Below, piece after piece: positions 63,454 to 64,000 of a stretch of DNA of 64,000 nucleotides (its first letter is position 1; each line of letters opens with the position of its first letter). The DNA is from Tubiluchus corallicola (Eukaryota > Animalia > Priapulida). Location of the stretch: assembly GCA_030141605.1 (NCBI GenBank), contig JAQGDQ010000001.1:2108001-2172000 (forward strand), written 5' to 3'. The translations under genes were made by a program, and so were the position numbers. The notes below the pieces were generated by a model. It searched no databases, was not told the DNA's origin, and saw only the letters and a program-made list of their open reading frames with translations.

Positions 63454-64000
63454 GTATGAAGATTATAGAAATAAAAGTGCAAGGTAGCAAGAGTAGCCTA
63501 TTTAATAGCAGCCTTGCAGACATATTATCTTGCATTATGAAATTATTTTCCTGAAAATACGTTTCATTTTAAAATTAATCAAACCAAAAGACTAAACAAT
63601 GGGGATTCACCTACATCAGTGATATAATTACTGACATAGAAACGTTAGTTTCAATTCCTTTCTGTTGTGAAATAGTTGGCTTTTCTTGCTGTGTTATAAC
63701 AATATGAAGCATTGAATGAACATTCCTAATGATAAATGTACCAAATGTAACACAGGTATTTACATAGCTGTGTTGGAGTTACAGTTTATCTAGTTCATTT
63801 TTCACATGTATCCTAAATAGATGTATTATATTTGTAAACTCGCTACTTGCACAAATTAATTTGTAAATTAAATCTTACTACCTGTTTATTTTTACCAAGT
63901 ATTTTTAATTTTTTTATTTCATAATATTGTTAATTAATGTAATGTAAATATAGAATATTAATTAACGGCTGGTTTTTTTATCATACTTCAAAAACGTCAT

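Overview
AT-rich eukaryotic (invertebrate animal) genomic DNA with spliceosomal introns; no prokaryotic features, CRISPR arrays, rRNA or intact tRNA genes seen. Five host genes can be read from the sequence. (1) A rutabaga/ADCY1-type Ca2+/calmodulin-responsive adenylate cyclase on the - strand: six exons traced in phase from 22406 to 2668, continuing off the left edge. (2) An intronless 1139-aa CatSper-beta ORF ending only 753 bp upstream of it on the same strand. (3) An intronless, divergent heparan-sulfate 3-O-sulfotransferase-like gene (+). (4) A spliced TMIE-like gene (-) with an unusual C-terminal 18-aa tandem repeat. (5) The first two coding exons of calaxin/EFCAB1 (+) at the right edge. 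Between them are many transposons: a young full-length BEL/Pao LTR element (434-bp LTRs, 5-bp TSD), two LINE remnants, a decayed piggyBac, a Mutator-like element nested in a hAT element, hAT MITEs with 8-bp TSDs, Helitron-like elements and foldback-type elements. The most notable signal is the co-location of CatSper-beta, a Ca/CaM cyclase and calaxin, all Ca2+/cAMP signalling components and two of them sperm-flagellar. Protein identities rest on recalled family motifs, not database searches.
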